The notes under the pieces are model-generated. The model did not search any database, had not been told where the DNA came from, and was given only the letters and a program-made list of their open reading frames with translations. From Planctomycetota bacterium (lineage in GTDB: Bacteria > Planctomycetota > B15-G4), in NCBI GenBank assembly GCA_965248575.1, contig CBDFJQ010000002.1, forward strand, positions 608,001 through 672,000: 64,000 nucleotides of DNA. The letters are read 5' to 3'. Shown here one piece after another: positions 47,932-58,228 of the stretch; within the stretch, counting starts at the first letter, position 1, and each line of letters starts with the position of its first letter. A program made the translations under genes and the position numbers.

Positions 47932-48555
47932 TCAGTCTTCGGGGTCAGAATCTGCAGCCATGCGGCGTTTCACGAGGCGGGCCAGCTGGACCCTGGCCCG
48001 GCGATAGAGCTGCCGAGCGGCATCGGCTCCCGGCCGACCCATTTGTCGCGCCACGAAGTCCCAGCTGCCACCTTGATAGGTGCGCAGCAGGATCACCTCT
48101 CGCGCATCCTCGTTCAGCTCCGTCATGGCTTCGTCTACGAGCTTCTCCAGCTCGTTCAGGGCTGCCCGTTCGTCGGGCGTCCCCGTCCCCGATCCGGGCC
48201 CACCGCCCGATGAGACAAGGGCGTCGATGTTGACCTCGCGCCGGGGGTCTCGCTTCTCCGCGAAGTGACTGCGCCACGCGTCGCGGATACGGTTTTCGGC
48301 GATGCGCGAGAGCCACTGGATGATGCTGGCCGTGCTGCGCGGCTGGAGATCACCGATGTGCTGGAAGGCGGCGGACATTGTTTCCTGGACGATGTCCATG
48401 GACTCCATGCGGCTGCGCAGGTCCACGCTCAAGCGGATGCGGACGATTCGCCGTAGGCGATCCTGGTAGCGCTGCAGCAGATCTTCGAGCGCCTTCCTGT
48501 TCCCGTTCTGCGCTTCGTCCAGGAGGCGCAGGGACTCCGTGGGATCGGGCAGCAT
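47932..48555 (-). CDS. ECF sigma-70 factor (kinase-associated type)
   Basis: ALEDLLQRYQDRLRRIV, SMDIVQE, WLSRIAENRIRD, region 4 REVILLR...ARQLYRRAR. Confidence 0.9.
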   Translation of the reverse strand: MLPDPTESLRLLDEAQNGNRKALEDLLQRYQDRLRRIVRIRLSVDLRSRMESMDIVQETMSAAFQHIGDLQPRSTASIIQWLSRIAENRIRDAWRSHFAEKRDPRREVNIDALVSSGGGPGSGTGTPDERAALNELEKLVDEAMTELNEDAREVILLRTYQGGSWDFVARQMGRPGADAARQLYRRARVQLARLVKRRMAADSDPED

Positions 48556-48771
48556 TGATCCATCAAGCGAGGCCTCCAGGGGGTCGTCGGCCTTCTCGTG
48601 GGATGGCTTGGAGGAGTCGGTGATGAGTCCGGCCTCAAGGGGAAGGAAGAGGGCAGGCGATTGCAGGGGAGACTGCTGGCGTCTGGAGTCTAACGTGACC
48701 AGCGTGGTGAGTTGATCGTATGGGGGAGTATCGTCAGAAGACCCCAGCGGAAACCAAATGACACTGAGCTG

Positions 48772-51700
48772 ATGGTGGATCCCACTTTTTCAAACCTTCC
48801 GTCGCCCGGTCCAGAGGGCGAAGATCCTGCTGCGAGCGCCGAGGCCGAGCGCTTGTTCGATGCGTGGCTGGAGACGGTGGGGGGCACGGCTGAGCGGCCC
48901 TTCGAGCAGCTCGTCGCGCAGCACCCGTCCCATGAGCAGGCATTCCGCGCCCTCCACGAAGAGTGGCAGGAGATCGAGACGGGCATCGAGAGCGCCCTGC
49001 CGGAAGACCTGCCCGAGACGGGCGTCGAGGACGAGTGGGGCGAAGACATCCTGGTCCGCGAGGCCGGCGCCGTGCTGGGGGACTACCGCTTGGTGCGCCT
49101 GCTCGGCGAGGGGGCCGTGGGTCAGGTCTGGGAGGCGCAACAGATTTCGCTCAACCGTCCCGTGGCACTCAAGCTGCTGCGTCCCAACCGGGCGTCTGCG
49201 GCGCGGGGCCTGGCGCTGGTGCACGAGGCCCGGGCTGCGGGGCGCCTCGATCATCCAGGCATCGTCAATGTGTACGCGGCCGGGAGCATCGGGGGCGTGG
49301 CCTATCTCTCCCAACAGTTGGTCAAGGAGGGACGCACTCTCGGGGAACTGATCGAAGAGGCGCGCCGAGATGTCCCCACCGGCCTTGCGCCCTTCCGCAG
49401 GACCGCGCAACTCGTGGTTGATGTGGCGGACGCCGTGCACGTCGCCCACGAGGCCGGCATCCTGCACCGCGATATCAAGCCGGGGAACATCCTGATCGGT
49501 GGTGACGGGCGTCCGCGGGTGAGCGACTTCGGTCTCGCGCATGTGGTGGGGGAGGACCCCGAGCAAGAAGGACTCGTCGGGACCTGCGCGTACATGAGCC
49601 CCGAGCAGGCGACGGGGCGAGGCGCACTCGATGCGCGCAGCGATGTGTTCGCCTTGGGCGCTGTGCTGTTTGAGGCCTTGACCCAGCGTCGGGCGTTCGA
49701 GGGCGACAGCGTGCCTGCGGTGTTGCGTGCCGTGCGGGAGGAGGATCCTCCCGACCCTCGTTCGCTGCGCGCGCGCATTCCAGGGGACCTGGCCTTGATC
49801 TGCGTGAAGGCGTTGGACAAGGAACGCTCCCAGCGCTACGCCGACATGAAGTCCTTCGCCGACGACCTGCGGCGCTTCCTGGCAGACGAGCCGATCCTGG
49901 CCGTGCCGCCCGGGCCTGGGGTGCGTCTGCGAAAGTGGTTGCGGCGACATCCGGCATGGGCAGCGAGTCTGGGGCTCGGCGTGGCGGCCCTGGTGACCGT
50001 CAGTATCTTCCTCGTGAGGGAGGTGGAGCTGCGGAGGCAGATGGTCTTCGAGAGGAACCGGGCTGATCAGAACGCCCTGACTGCTACCGCAGCGGCCGAC
50101 CGGGCGGACCAGAACGCCTTGACCGCTGCCGCCGCGGCCACGCGAGCAGAGGAGCGGGCAGAGGCCGCTGAGTGGCAGGGCTATGTGGCGAACCTGCGCG
50201 CATCGGCCATCGCCCTGGACCGCGGTGTGTCCGAGGAAGCGCGGCGCCGTTTGGAGGCCTGCGCGCCGGCGCTGCGCGGATGGGAGTGGCACCACGACGC
50301 CCGGCGCGTCGACATGACGTCCCATACCTTGAGCGGTCACCCCGGCGCGGTGACTTCGGTGGCGATGTCAGCCGACGGCTCTCGGGTCGTGACGGCCGCC
50401 CGGGAAGGCAGCGTGTCGGTCTGGGACACCGCCAGCGGTGAGCTGCTCTTCGAGTTGGCTGGGCTTCCGTACAATTTGCACTCCGTGGCGTATGCCGAGC
50501 AGACAGGTGCCGTGATTGCCGGTGCGGACGATGGAAGCGTGCTCGAATGGCGGCCAGGTGTCGACGACATCCCCATGACCTTGAGCTTCCATCAGGCCGC
50601 TGTGCGGTCCGTGGCCGTGAGCGCCGATGGTCTCGTGATCGTCTCGGGTTCCGACGACGGCTCCGCACATGTCTGGGACCGACGTGATGAACGGCAGTTC
50701 ACGGTGACGCCGCGCGTTCCGACCGGCGTTCGCGGCGTGGCACTGAGCCGCGACGGCAGACGACTGCTCACTGCTTCGCGGCTCGGCACCGTGAGTCTCT
50801 GGGATGTCGCGACCGCCGAGCTGGTGCAGGAGCTGCCCTGGGACGCGCGCAATGAGGTGGCCGTGAGCCTGGACGGCCTGGGCGGGCGCCGCTTTGTGGG
50901 GACCGCCGACGGTTCCATTCGGGTGTGGGAGACGGGGTCTACCGAAGCAGGGATCGTCCTGCCGGGAGATGGCTATGGAGTGCGCGCCGTGGCGTCGACG
51001 CCGGACGGTGGCACCCTGCTCTCGGCGACGGCCGGGGGGGTGCGGCTCTACACGGTGGACTCCGTGCGGTTGCCGACCGTGCTCACCGGGCACCCTTCGA
51101 CACCCTTGTGCGTGGCGCTGAGCGCCGACGCCCAGTTGCTGGTCGCAGGCTGTGAGGACGGCACCGCTGTGATCTGGGACCTCGCACAACGTGGCGCCTC
51201 CTACTCGCTCGTGACGGGCTTGCCCCACGCGCAGTCGGCGTTGGCTGTCGACCAGAACGGCGAGCGGGTGGCGTCCGCTGGTTTGGGGGAGCGCGTCGTG
51301 CGCATCTGGGACGGAACGAGCGGCGCCTTGCAACATGAGCTGTCGGGACACGAGACGACGATTTCGGCAGTCGCCATGAGCGGGGACGGCCGGCTCGTCG
51401 CCTCGGGGGGCCTGGGGTCGCTCGAGCCTCACGTGCGGCTGTGGGACGCTGTGGCGGGCAAGGCCTTGGGCATCATGCGCGGCCATCGCTTGACGGTGTC
51501 CTGCCTGGCCATGGATCTCACGGGAGCCGCACTCGTGTCCGGTTCCTACGATGGCACCGTCCGTCGCTGGCAGGGTGGGGAGCAGGTGGACCGGATCGAC
51601 GCGCCTGGTCGTGCAGCGGTGTCGAGCGTGCGCCTGACCGAGGATGGCCGGCGTCTGGCTGCCTCCTGCACGGACGGCACCGTGTTCTTGGTCGCTCTGG

Positions 51701-52137
51701 ACGAGAGCCCTCCCGAGTCGCTCGCGGAGGGACGTCTCGACCCTCGCCTGACTGTCTTGAGGCCGTCCCAAGGTCTGGCTGGCGGAACACTCGAGATGAG
51801 CCAGAACGGTCGCTTCGTGGTCTGGGCCTCGAATCAGCAAGACCTCGTGCTGGGTTGGGACATGCTCACGGGCGAAGAGTTCGAACTGGAGGGGGACGGT
51901 CGCTATGGGCATGCGGTCTTTGCCATGACGCCGGACGGTTCACGACTCGTGTCGGCCACCCGAGGAGACGGATCGCTGCGCCTGCGTAGTCGCACGGCGC
52001 CGGAGACCCTGAGCCTGCTGACGCACCCTGCCGGGACGATCCGCGCCGCAGCTTTCTCAGGGGATGGGCGCCGCCTCGTTTCAGCGGGCTCCGATGGGTC
52101 GTTGCGGGTCTGGGACGGGCCGCCTGCACAGGAGTGA
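48772..52137 (+). CDS. Hanks-type Ser/Thr kinase with TM segment and WD40 repeats
   Basis: GEGAVGQV, VALK, HRDIKPGN, DFG, YMSPEQ, DVFALG; TM; many GH...WD repeats. Confidence 0.93.
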   Translation: MVDPTFSNLPSPGPEGEDPAASAEAERLFDAWLETVGGTAERPFEQLVAQHPSHEQAFRALHEEWQEIETGIESALPEDLPETGVEDEWGEDILVREAGAVLGDYRLVRLLGEGAVGQVWEAQQISLNRPVALKLLRPNRASAARGLALVHEARAAGRLDHPGIVNVYAAGSIGGVAYLSQQLVKEGRTLGELIEEARRDVPTGLAPFRRTAQLVVDVADAVHVAHEAGILHRDIKPGNILIGGDGRPRVSDFGLAHVVGEDPEQEGLVGTCAYMSPEQATGRGALDARSDVFALGAVLFEALTQRRAFEGDSVPAVLRAVREEDPPDPRSLRARIPGDLALICVKALDKERSQRYADMKSFADDLRRFLADEPILAVPPGPGVRLRKWLRRHPAWAASLGLGVAALVTVSIFLVREVELRRQMVFERNRADQNALTATAAADRADQNALTAAAAATRAEERAEAAEWQGYVANLRASAIALDRGVSEEARRRLEACAPALRGWEWHHDARRVDMTSHTLSGHPGAVTSVAMSADGSRVVTAAREGSVSVWDTASGELLFELAGLPYNLHSVAYAEQTGAVIAGADDGSVLEWRPGVDDIPMTLSFHQAAVRSVAVSADGLVIVSGSDDGSAHVWDRRDERQFTVTPRVPTGVRGVALSRDGRRLLTASRLGTVSLWDVATAELVQELPWDARNEVAVSLDGLGGRRFVGTADGSIRVWETGSTEAGIVLPGDGYGVRAVASTPDGGTLLSATAGGVRLYTVDSVRLPTVLTGHPSTPLCVALSADAQLLVAGCEDGTAVIWDLAQRGASYSLVTGLPHAQSALAVDQNGERVASAGLGERVVRIWDGTSGALQHELSGHETTISAVAMSGDGRLVASGGLGSLEPHVRLWDAVAGKALGIMRGHRLTVSCLAMDLTGAALVSGSYDGTVRRWQGGEQVDRIDAPGRAAVSSVRLTEDGRRLAASCTDGTVFLVALDESPPESLAEGRLDPRLTVLRPSQGLAGGTLEMSQNGRFVVWASNQQDLVLGWDMLTGEEFELEGDGRYGHAVFAMTPDGSRLVSATRGDGSLRLRSRTAPETLSLLTHPAGTIRAAAFSGDGRRLVSAGSDGSLRVWDGPPAQE

Positions 52138-52208
52138 TCCGAGTTGCCCGGAGCCTGCCGACATTGGGCAGATGTCAGGCCGGCCGGTGTGCGTTAGGCT
52201 TCGCCCCA

Positions 52209-53783
52209 ATGCCACAACGCAAGCGCGAAGCCTCTCCCACCGCCAGCCTGCTTCTGCGCATCCTGCCAGTGCTCTGTCTCGCGCTGGCCGTCGGCGCGGT
52301 GGCGCGTGGCGTGGCCCGTGCCCTGGCCGACGCCGACCCCCTGCAGGCGCTGCTCGGGGGAGCCTTTGCAGCTTGGCAGATGCTGTTGGTCGCCTCGGTG
52401 CTGGCGTGCTTGTTCGCCGTGGTGCAGCGCATGAGGCTATGGCATCTCGCGCGGGCGGCGCACAGACCGTGGGCGCACTGCCGGCTGTTGGTCTACATGC
52501 TGGCGCTGGGCGCCGTGCTGCACATGACGTGGCTGGCTCCGGTTCGTGGAGCCGTGGCTGAGATGTTGCTGGCGGTGTGCGGCGGGGCCTACGCCCTTCT
52601 CTCCGCCGTCGGAGAGTCCAAGCCCAAGCTGCTGAAGCGCAGTCGCTCCGTGCTGGATCTCGCGGCGCTCACGTTGCTCGGGCTGGCGCTCAGTGCTGAG
52701 TGGGCGCTCTCCCTATGGAACGCCTGGGACGCGAATCCGCTGCTCGCGATGCCGGGCGGAACGGCGGCCGAGCACATCGCCCGTGAACGCTTGTCACCGG
52801 GGACCCTGATCCGGGGTTTTCCCATCAACAGTGAGGGGGACTACGACACGGAGCGTGAGCGGGACGGCCGCCGTCTGGTGCTGAGCATCGGAGATTCCTT
52901 CAGCGTGGGGGTGGTGCCTTACCCGTATCACTTCACCACGGTGGCGGAGCAGCAGTGGCCGGAGATCGAGGTCTACAACGTGGGACTGCCGACGATCGGC
53001 CCCAAGGAATACCTGCACCTGATCGAGACGCGTGTCGGTGACCTCGAACCCGAGGCCGTGGTGGTGAATGTGTTTGTCGGCAACGACATCAACCAGGCCC
53101 TGAACCGAGACAGCTGGGACCTCGGTTCCTGGTCGTGGCTGGATGCCGATCACTGGCTCGTCTCACTCTACGTGCGCCGCCTCTGGGCTGTGTCGGGCCA
53201 GGCTGTGGGGGACGAGGCGCTTCCGGAACACACCTCCGCTGGGGTTGGTTGGGGTCGGGGAGATGAACGTCTCGAGGCGCTGCGACGGAGCAGCCTCTCT
53301 GAGTGGCCGCACCTGGGGGATCCCTCCCTGGAGCGCAACATGATGACCGAAGCTACGTTCCTGGGCATCGAGACAACTCGCGCGCGACGTGCGTGCAGCC
53401 GCTGGACGGCGGCCTACGGGATGCTCTTCGACTTGCTCGAAGAGATGCGCGCGGCCTGCGCACCGGCGCCCCTTTTGGTGATGCTCATTCCTGACGAGTT
53501 CCAGGTGGAGGACGCGCTCTGGGAGGACATCGTCGACAGCACGCCTGGCGAATCCCTGGATCGCTTCCAGCCCCAACGTCTGCTGGTCGAGGGCCTCGCC
53601 GAGCGCGCACTTCCGACCCTGGATCTGTTGCCGCTCATGCGCGAGGCGCCCACCTGGACGGGGGCACCCGATGACGAGCGGCGGCGGGCGCTCTATCACC
53701 TGCGGGATACGCACATCAATGCGCGCGGCAACCGGCTCGTCGGTTTGGCGCTGGCCGACTTCCTGCGGCAGAACCTGCCCTGA
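52209..53783 (+). CDS. Multi-TM membrane protein with SGNH hydrolase domain
   Basis: About five hydrophobic segments, then GDSFSVG, GND, DTHINARGN. Confidence 0.8.
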   Translation: MPQRKREASPTASLLLRILPVLCLALAVGAVARGVARALADADPLQALLGGAFAAWQMLLVASVLACLFAVVQRMRLWHLARAAHRPWAHCRLLVYMLALGAVLHMTWLAPVRGAVAEMLLAVCGGAYALLSAVGESKPKLLKRSRSVLDLAALTLLGLALSAEWALSLWNAWDANPLLAMPGGTAAEHIARERLSPGTLIRGFPINSEGDYDTERERDGRRLVLSIGDSFSVGVVPYPYHFTTVAEQQWPEIEVYNVGLPTIGPKEYLHLIETRVGDLEPEAVVVNVFVGNDINQALNRDSWDLGSWSWLDADHWLVSLYVRRLWAVSGQAVGDEALPEHTSAGVGWGRGDERLEALRRSSLSEWPHLGDPSLERNMMTEATFLGIETTRARRACSRWTAAYGMLFDLLEEMRAACAPAPLLVMLIPDEFQVEDALWEDIVDSTPGESLDRFQPQRLLVEGLAERALPTLDLLPLMREAPTWTGAPDDERRRALYHLRDTHINARGNRLVGLALADFLRQNLP

Positions 53784-53809
53784 GGAAGGCACGATCCTGC
53801 AGCACGGGC

Positions 53810-55252
53810 TCAGCCGTCTTCCGACTTGCCTTGTCCCAACGGGTGCCCGAGGTCTACGAGGGCGGTTTGTGCCTGCTCGCGGATGTCGGCTCGGTAGGCG
53901 TAGAGCGCGAGCCGCCGCATCCATTCCAAACCCGCGTCTCCCCACGGGAGCACGGCCCTGAGCTGCACCATCCGTTGTGCTGGGTCCTGCGCCCGTCCCG
54001 CCAATCGGAGCACGCCGGCGCAGGCCGCCATGCCCAGGTCGTTCTCAAGCATGCCTCCCACGACGCGCGCCTCGGCAGCCAGGGATTGAAGGATCTCCGG
54101 GTCGGTCTCCCCGATGAGCATCAGGGAGTGGGCGGCTGCACGTTGTAGGCTGAGCGGCGAGTCGGGTTGAGCACGCGATGGCAGTGCCTCGCTCAGCAGC
54201 TGTGGCCGGGCTGCGTCAGCGCGGGGACCCAACGCGCCAAGCGCCGCCGCCGCCGCTGTCCGTCGGCGGCTGTCCGCAGCCGTCAGTTCCCCGAGCAGCA
54301 CCGGCAGTGCGCCCTCCCCGAACTCAGCGACGAGGTCGAGCAAGGCAGGCAGTCGGGCCACGTCCAGCTCGTCCGACGTGCCCTGGAAGGCGAGCAGCAT
54401 GCCGGGTAGGTGCTCGGGGCCTCGGGCACGAAGCCAGGCCCGGGTGTGCCCCGTCGACGCAGGTCGGTTGTCCAACGCTAGCTGTGCCATGTGCCTGAGA
54501 GCCACGGCACCCAGCGCGGCCAGCTGCTGCTCGGCTTCGCGGCGCAGCTCGGGGCGGGGCGCCTTCAGCTGGAGGTTCCAGGCCCTGATGACCGTGGATT
54601 GTGCGAGGCCCCGGATCGGGGGCGACTCGTCATCGAGGGCGGCCTCGAGGCGTTCGAACTCTGCGTTGCCCGGTCGAGCTGTCTTGCTCAGGATCGTGCA
54701 GGCTGCGCGGCGTACCCGCTCGTGCTCATGATGGGAAGCCTGCAGCACCGCCGCCTGCCCGGAAGCACCGAGCGAGCCCAGGGTGTTGACCAGCAGGGCA
54801 CCGCCTGGCGGGTGAGCTTGCTCCAGGGCTGTCACGAGCTGCGGGAGGGCGGCTTCCCCGAGCTGCAGCGCCATCTCGGCGATGAGCTCGGGCACGCGGG
54901 AGGTGGGTCTGCCAGCGTTGGCCAGCAGGGCCGGAAAGACCTCCAACCCATGTTTCTTGAGGCTGGCAGCGGCGTGCTGGGAGACCTCTTCGGCGATGTC
55001 ATCCAGAAGCACGATCAGGGTTTCGCTCACAGCATCAGGGTCCTCCCAACCAGCGGCCGGGGCCGGCTCGCCCAAGGCGGCGGCGGTCAGGCTGCGTTCG
55101 AAGGGGTCCGCAGAGAGAGCGCCCGCCAGACGATCGGATTCACTGCGCGAGCAGGCGCAGAGGCACATCAGCAGAAGCCAGCTCGCCAGTGGCCCGGTGG
55201 CTCTCGCGGGGGGCACACGGGTGCGCGGAGACAGGTGGGTGGACGGAGTCAC
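53810..55252 (-). CDS. HEAT-repeat lipoprotein
   Basis: LCAC lipobox; repeats VRRAACTIL, LDDESPPIR, RRTAAAAALGALG. Confidence 0.75.
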   Translation of the reverse strand: MTPSTHLSPRTRVPPARATGPLASWLLLMCLCACSRSESDRLAGALSADPFERSLTAAALGEPAPAAGWEDPDAVSETLIVLLDDIAEEVSQHAAASLKKHGLEVFPALLANAGRPTSRVPELIAEMALQLGEAALPQLVTALEQAHPPGGALLVNTLGSLGASGQAAVLQASHHEHERVRRAACTILSKTARPGNAEFERLEAALDDESPPIRGLAQSTVIRAWNLQLKAPRPELRREAEQQLAALGAVALRHMAQLALDNRPASTGHTRAWLRARGPEHLPGMLLAFQGTSDELDVARLPALLDLVAEFGEGALPVLLGELTAADSRRRTAAAAALGALGPRADAARPQLLSEALPSRAQPDSPLSLQRAAAHSLMLIGETDPEILQSLAAEARVVGGMLENDLGMAACAGVLRLAGRAQDPAQRMVQLRAVLPWGDAGLEWMRRLALYAYRADIREQAQTALVDLGHPLGQGKSEDG

Positions 55253-55263
55253 GATGCGCCACT

Positions 55264-56364
55264 CTAACCGGCTGTGAGGGCGTCCTTCTTGCGGCCGGTC
55301 AAGCCCAGGACCCAGGTCACCGCGAAGCCACCCAGCAGCAGCAGCAGGGCCTGGATCAGCTGACCCATGCTGGGTTTGAAGGTCGTGGTGCGGTCGCTGA
55401 GAATCTTGAGCTCGGCCGGACTCATGCCTGCGTAAGTGCTCTCCATGTGAGCCTCCTGCGCGTCGTCGAAGACGATGCCGTACTTTTCGGAGATGGTGGC
55501 TGCGTCGTCACCCTGAACGTAGGCGGTGATTGCCTTGCGGGAGCTGCGATCGATGAGGTCCGGGTGAACCGGGTTCTCAAAGGGGTAGAGATTGAGCACA
55601 GAGCCCACGAGCAGCCCGAGAAGCACACCGTGGACCGTCGCCGAGTAGCGCGTCAGCAACCACTTCAGGAGATTGCTCAGTCCGCCGATGCCGAGCGCTG
55701 CGCCCACACCCACGGGCACCAGCACCGCCAGGCTTCCACTCAGATCGGCGCGCAGGGCACCCACGCTGACGCTGCCAACGACGGTCTCATAGAGGCCCAG
55801 GATGAGCAGCACGTAGGCACCGCTGATACCGGGCAGGACCATGCTCGTGGCCGCAAGCAAGCCCGCCAGGGCGAGCCACGGCGTCGTGTCGGGCAAGCGC
55901 GTGGAGAACAGTTCGAGGAACTGCGCGAGCATCAGGCCGAAGCCACCCAGGAAGCCCAGGACGACGCCGGCGTTGAAGGGCCGCAGGAAGCGCCAGATCA
56001 AGGGCACACCCCCGAGGGTCATGCCGATGAACAAGCTGTACATCACCCAGCGCTGGTCGCGGACCAGGCTCACTGCCAGGCCCGAGAAACCCAGGACGGC
56101 CGCCACCGCACCTAGGCCGATCAATGCCGCGAACAGCAGCGCCTCGCGGCGCAGCTTCAAGCGGCTGAGGTCGGCAACCGCGTCGATGAAGCGTTCGTAG
56201 AGGCCTACCGCCAAGATCATCGTGCCGCCACTGATCCCGGGCACGAGGTTGGCCATCCCCATCAGGAATCCACCGAAGACGACCCGTGGGGCGCTGGCGG
56301 TGGGCTCCGCTGGGTCGCTGGAGGAGGGGAGGGTGCCGGAGTCCTGTTCTGGGTTTGCAGTCAT
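55264..56364 (-). CDS. DUF368 family membrane protein (undecaprenyl-phosphate translocase family)
   Basis: GMANLVPGISGGT and AATSMVLPGISGAYVLLILGLY signature motifs. Confidence 0.9.
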   Translation of the reverse strand: MTANPEQDSGTLPSSSDPAEPTASAPRVVFGGFLMGMANLVPGISGGTMILAVGLYERFIDAVADLSRLKLRREALLFAALIGLGAVAAVLGFSGLAVSLVRDQRWVMYSLFIGMTLGGVPLIWRFLRPFNAGVVLGFLGGFGLMLAQFLELFSTRLPDTTPWLALAGLLAATSMVLPGISGAYVLLILGLYETVVGSVSVGALRADLSGSLAVLVPVGVGAALGIGGLSNLLKWLLTRYSATVHGVLLGLLVGSVLNLYPFENPVHPDLIDRSSRKAITAYVQGDDAATISEKYGIVFDDAQEAHMESTYAGMSPAELKILSDRTTTFKPSMGQLIQALLLLLGGFAVTWVLGLTGRKKDALTAG

Positions 56365-56527
56365 GGGGTCGCATCATGCTTGCGAAACCTCACGACTCAA
56401 GGCTGGGAGGGCCGTAGCTGGCCCGGATTGGGGAGCGGGAAGGAGTTTTCAGCCCAAAGGGGGTGTTGGCCGAAGGGACTGAGGGTTTCTTTCGCCGACC
56501 GCCCCCACTGCTTCTCCGCAACAACCC

Positions 56528-57322
56528 ATGTCCAGAAGTCCCGCACTCCGACTTTCGATTCGCCCACAGCAGGTGAGTCGCGTGATGTGGCGCCTGGTCT
56601 TCGTGCTCACCGGGCTGCACCTGTTGGCGCAGATCTCCCACTGGGGGTTCGGGCACGACTCGGTGTTTGGCCTCGTGCCGATGTTCGACCTGAACGGCGA
56701 GCTGAATGTCCCGACCCTCTACGCGTCTGTCTCGCTGCTCTTCTGCGGGGCGTTGATGGCCGTGATCGCCCGGGTCCAGAAGCTGCGCGCCGCACCCTAT
56801 GCCGCCCATTGGGCTTCCTTGGCGTCGATCATGGCCTTCCTGGCCCTGGATGAGTTCGCCTCTCTGCACGAGCGTCTGTCCGACCCCATTCGTTCGGCTC
56901 TCGGGACGAGTGGCATGTTCACGAGCGCGTGGGTCATCCCCTACGGGATCCTGGGCCTGCTGCTGGGGCTGACGTTCTTGCGCTTCACCCTGGCCTTGCC
57001 GAAGTCCGTCCGCACGTTCCTGGTGCTTGGGGGCCTGACCTTTGTGCTGGGTGCGGTGGGCATCGAGATGGCCGCCGGCTCCGCGAAGGAAGCGGCCGGC
57101 GGGTCGAGCAGCCTGGCCATCGCGGTCTGGACGACACTCGAGGAAGTGCTCGAGATGTCCGGCGTGGTCATCGCGGTGCACGGCCTCATGCTGCTGCTCG
57201 CCACGACGCCAGGAGGTGTGGAGCTGCACCTGAACGAGCCGGAGGCCGGGTCGCAGGACGGGGTCGAGGGCTCTGCCAGGGCACGGCACGTCGCGAGGCC
57301 GCGCCTGGAGTTGGAGCCCTAG
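56528..57322 (+). CDS. Uncharacterised multi-pass membrane protein
   Basis: 6-7 TMs with FDLNGELNVPT, LDEFASLHER, GAVGIEM, EEVLEM. Confidence 0.75.
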   Translation: MSRSPALRLSIRPQQVSRVMWRLVFVLTGLHLLAQISHWGFGHDSVFGLVPMFDLNGELNVPTLYASVSLLFCGALMAVIARVQKLRAAPYAAHWASLASIMAFLALDEFASLHERLSDPIRSALGTSGMFTSAWVIPYGILGLLLGLTFLRFTLALPKSVRTFLVLGGLTFVLGAVGIEMAAGSAKEAAGGSSSLAIAVWTTLEEVLEMSGVVIAVHGLMLLLATTPGGVELHLNEPEAGSQDGVEGSARARHVARPRLELEP

Positions 57323-58170
57323 CCGTCGACGCGAGCGGCAGCGATCAGGTCGGCCGGTACGCGACGCAGATTGCTCGTCAGGCCGACCTTGGCAGCACTC
57401 CAGACGATCCACTTCGTGGGGTCGAACTGGTACCAGCGAATGCCATTGCGATAGTCGGACTGAAAGCGGTGGTGGAAGTTGTGGTAGCCCTCGCCCAAGG
57501 TCATGAACGCCACCAGCGCGCTGTCTCGCGCTGAGCCCAGCTCGCCGAAGGGTTGCGTCCCCAGCATGTGGGCGAAGGAGTTGACCGAGAACGTCGCGTG
57601 CCACTGCAGCACCAGGCGCAGGCTGCCGGCCACGAGGAAGGCGCCCAAGGCATCACCCCAGAGCAGGCCGAAGGCTGCGGGCAAGGCCGCGCCGAACAGC
57701 GCTGCGAGCAGCAGGTAGTGCTTGTCCTGGAGGACCACCAGGCGGTCGGATTCCAGGTCCTTGACGACGGTGCTCGAGCGTTCGCTGCGGTCGCTCTTGC
57801 AGAGCACCCAGCCGATGTGCGCCCACCAGAAGCCGAGCTGGATGTTGTAGGGGTCGCGCTCGTCGTCTGTATAGGTGTGGTGCTCGCGGTGGTCTGCACA
57901 CCAGGCCAAGGCAGAGTTCTGCACGGAGGCCGCGCCGAACGCGAGGTAGAACGCGCGCACCGGCCAGGTGGCAGAGTAGGCCACATGGGAAAAGAGCCGG
58001 TGATAGCCGCCGGTGATGGAGAGCCCGCACAGGGCGAACCAGAACACGCCCAGCCCCAGGGTCCACCAGGAGAAGTGGACGGCTGCCATGTAGACGACGG
58101 CCCACACCGCAAGCAGATGGACGCCAGCCATGAAGAGGATGTTCGTCCAGTGAAGACGTGGCCTGTTCAT
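57319..58170 (-). CDS. Delta-9 acyl-CoA/acyl-lipid desaturase
   Basis: His boxes HRLFSH, HREHH, HNFHH; DYRNG.RWYQFDPTKW. Confidence 0.93.
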   Translation of the reverse strand: MNRPRLHWTNILFMAGVHLLAVWAVVYMAAVHFSWWTLGLGVFWFALCGLSITGGYHRLFSHVAYSATWPVRAFYLAFGAASVQNSALAWCADHREHHTYTDDERDPYNIQLGFWWAHIGWVLCKSDRSERSSTVVKDLESDRLVVLQDKHYLLLAALFGAALPAAFGLLWGDALGAFLVAGSLRLVLQWHATFSVNSFAHMLGTQPFGELGSARDSALVAFMTLGEGYHNFHHRFQSDYRNGIRWYQFDPTKWIVWSAAKVGLTSNLRRVPADLIAAARVDG

Positions 58171-58228
58171 GGGTGCTCGAGCGGGGGACTCTGAGGAGGG
58201 CAATCCGGCAGCGAGGGTGCAGTGTCAG

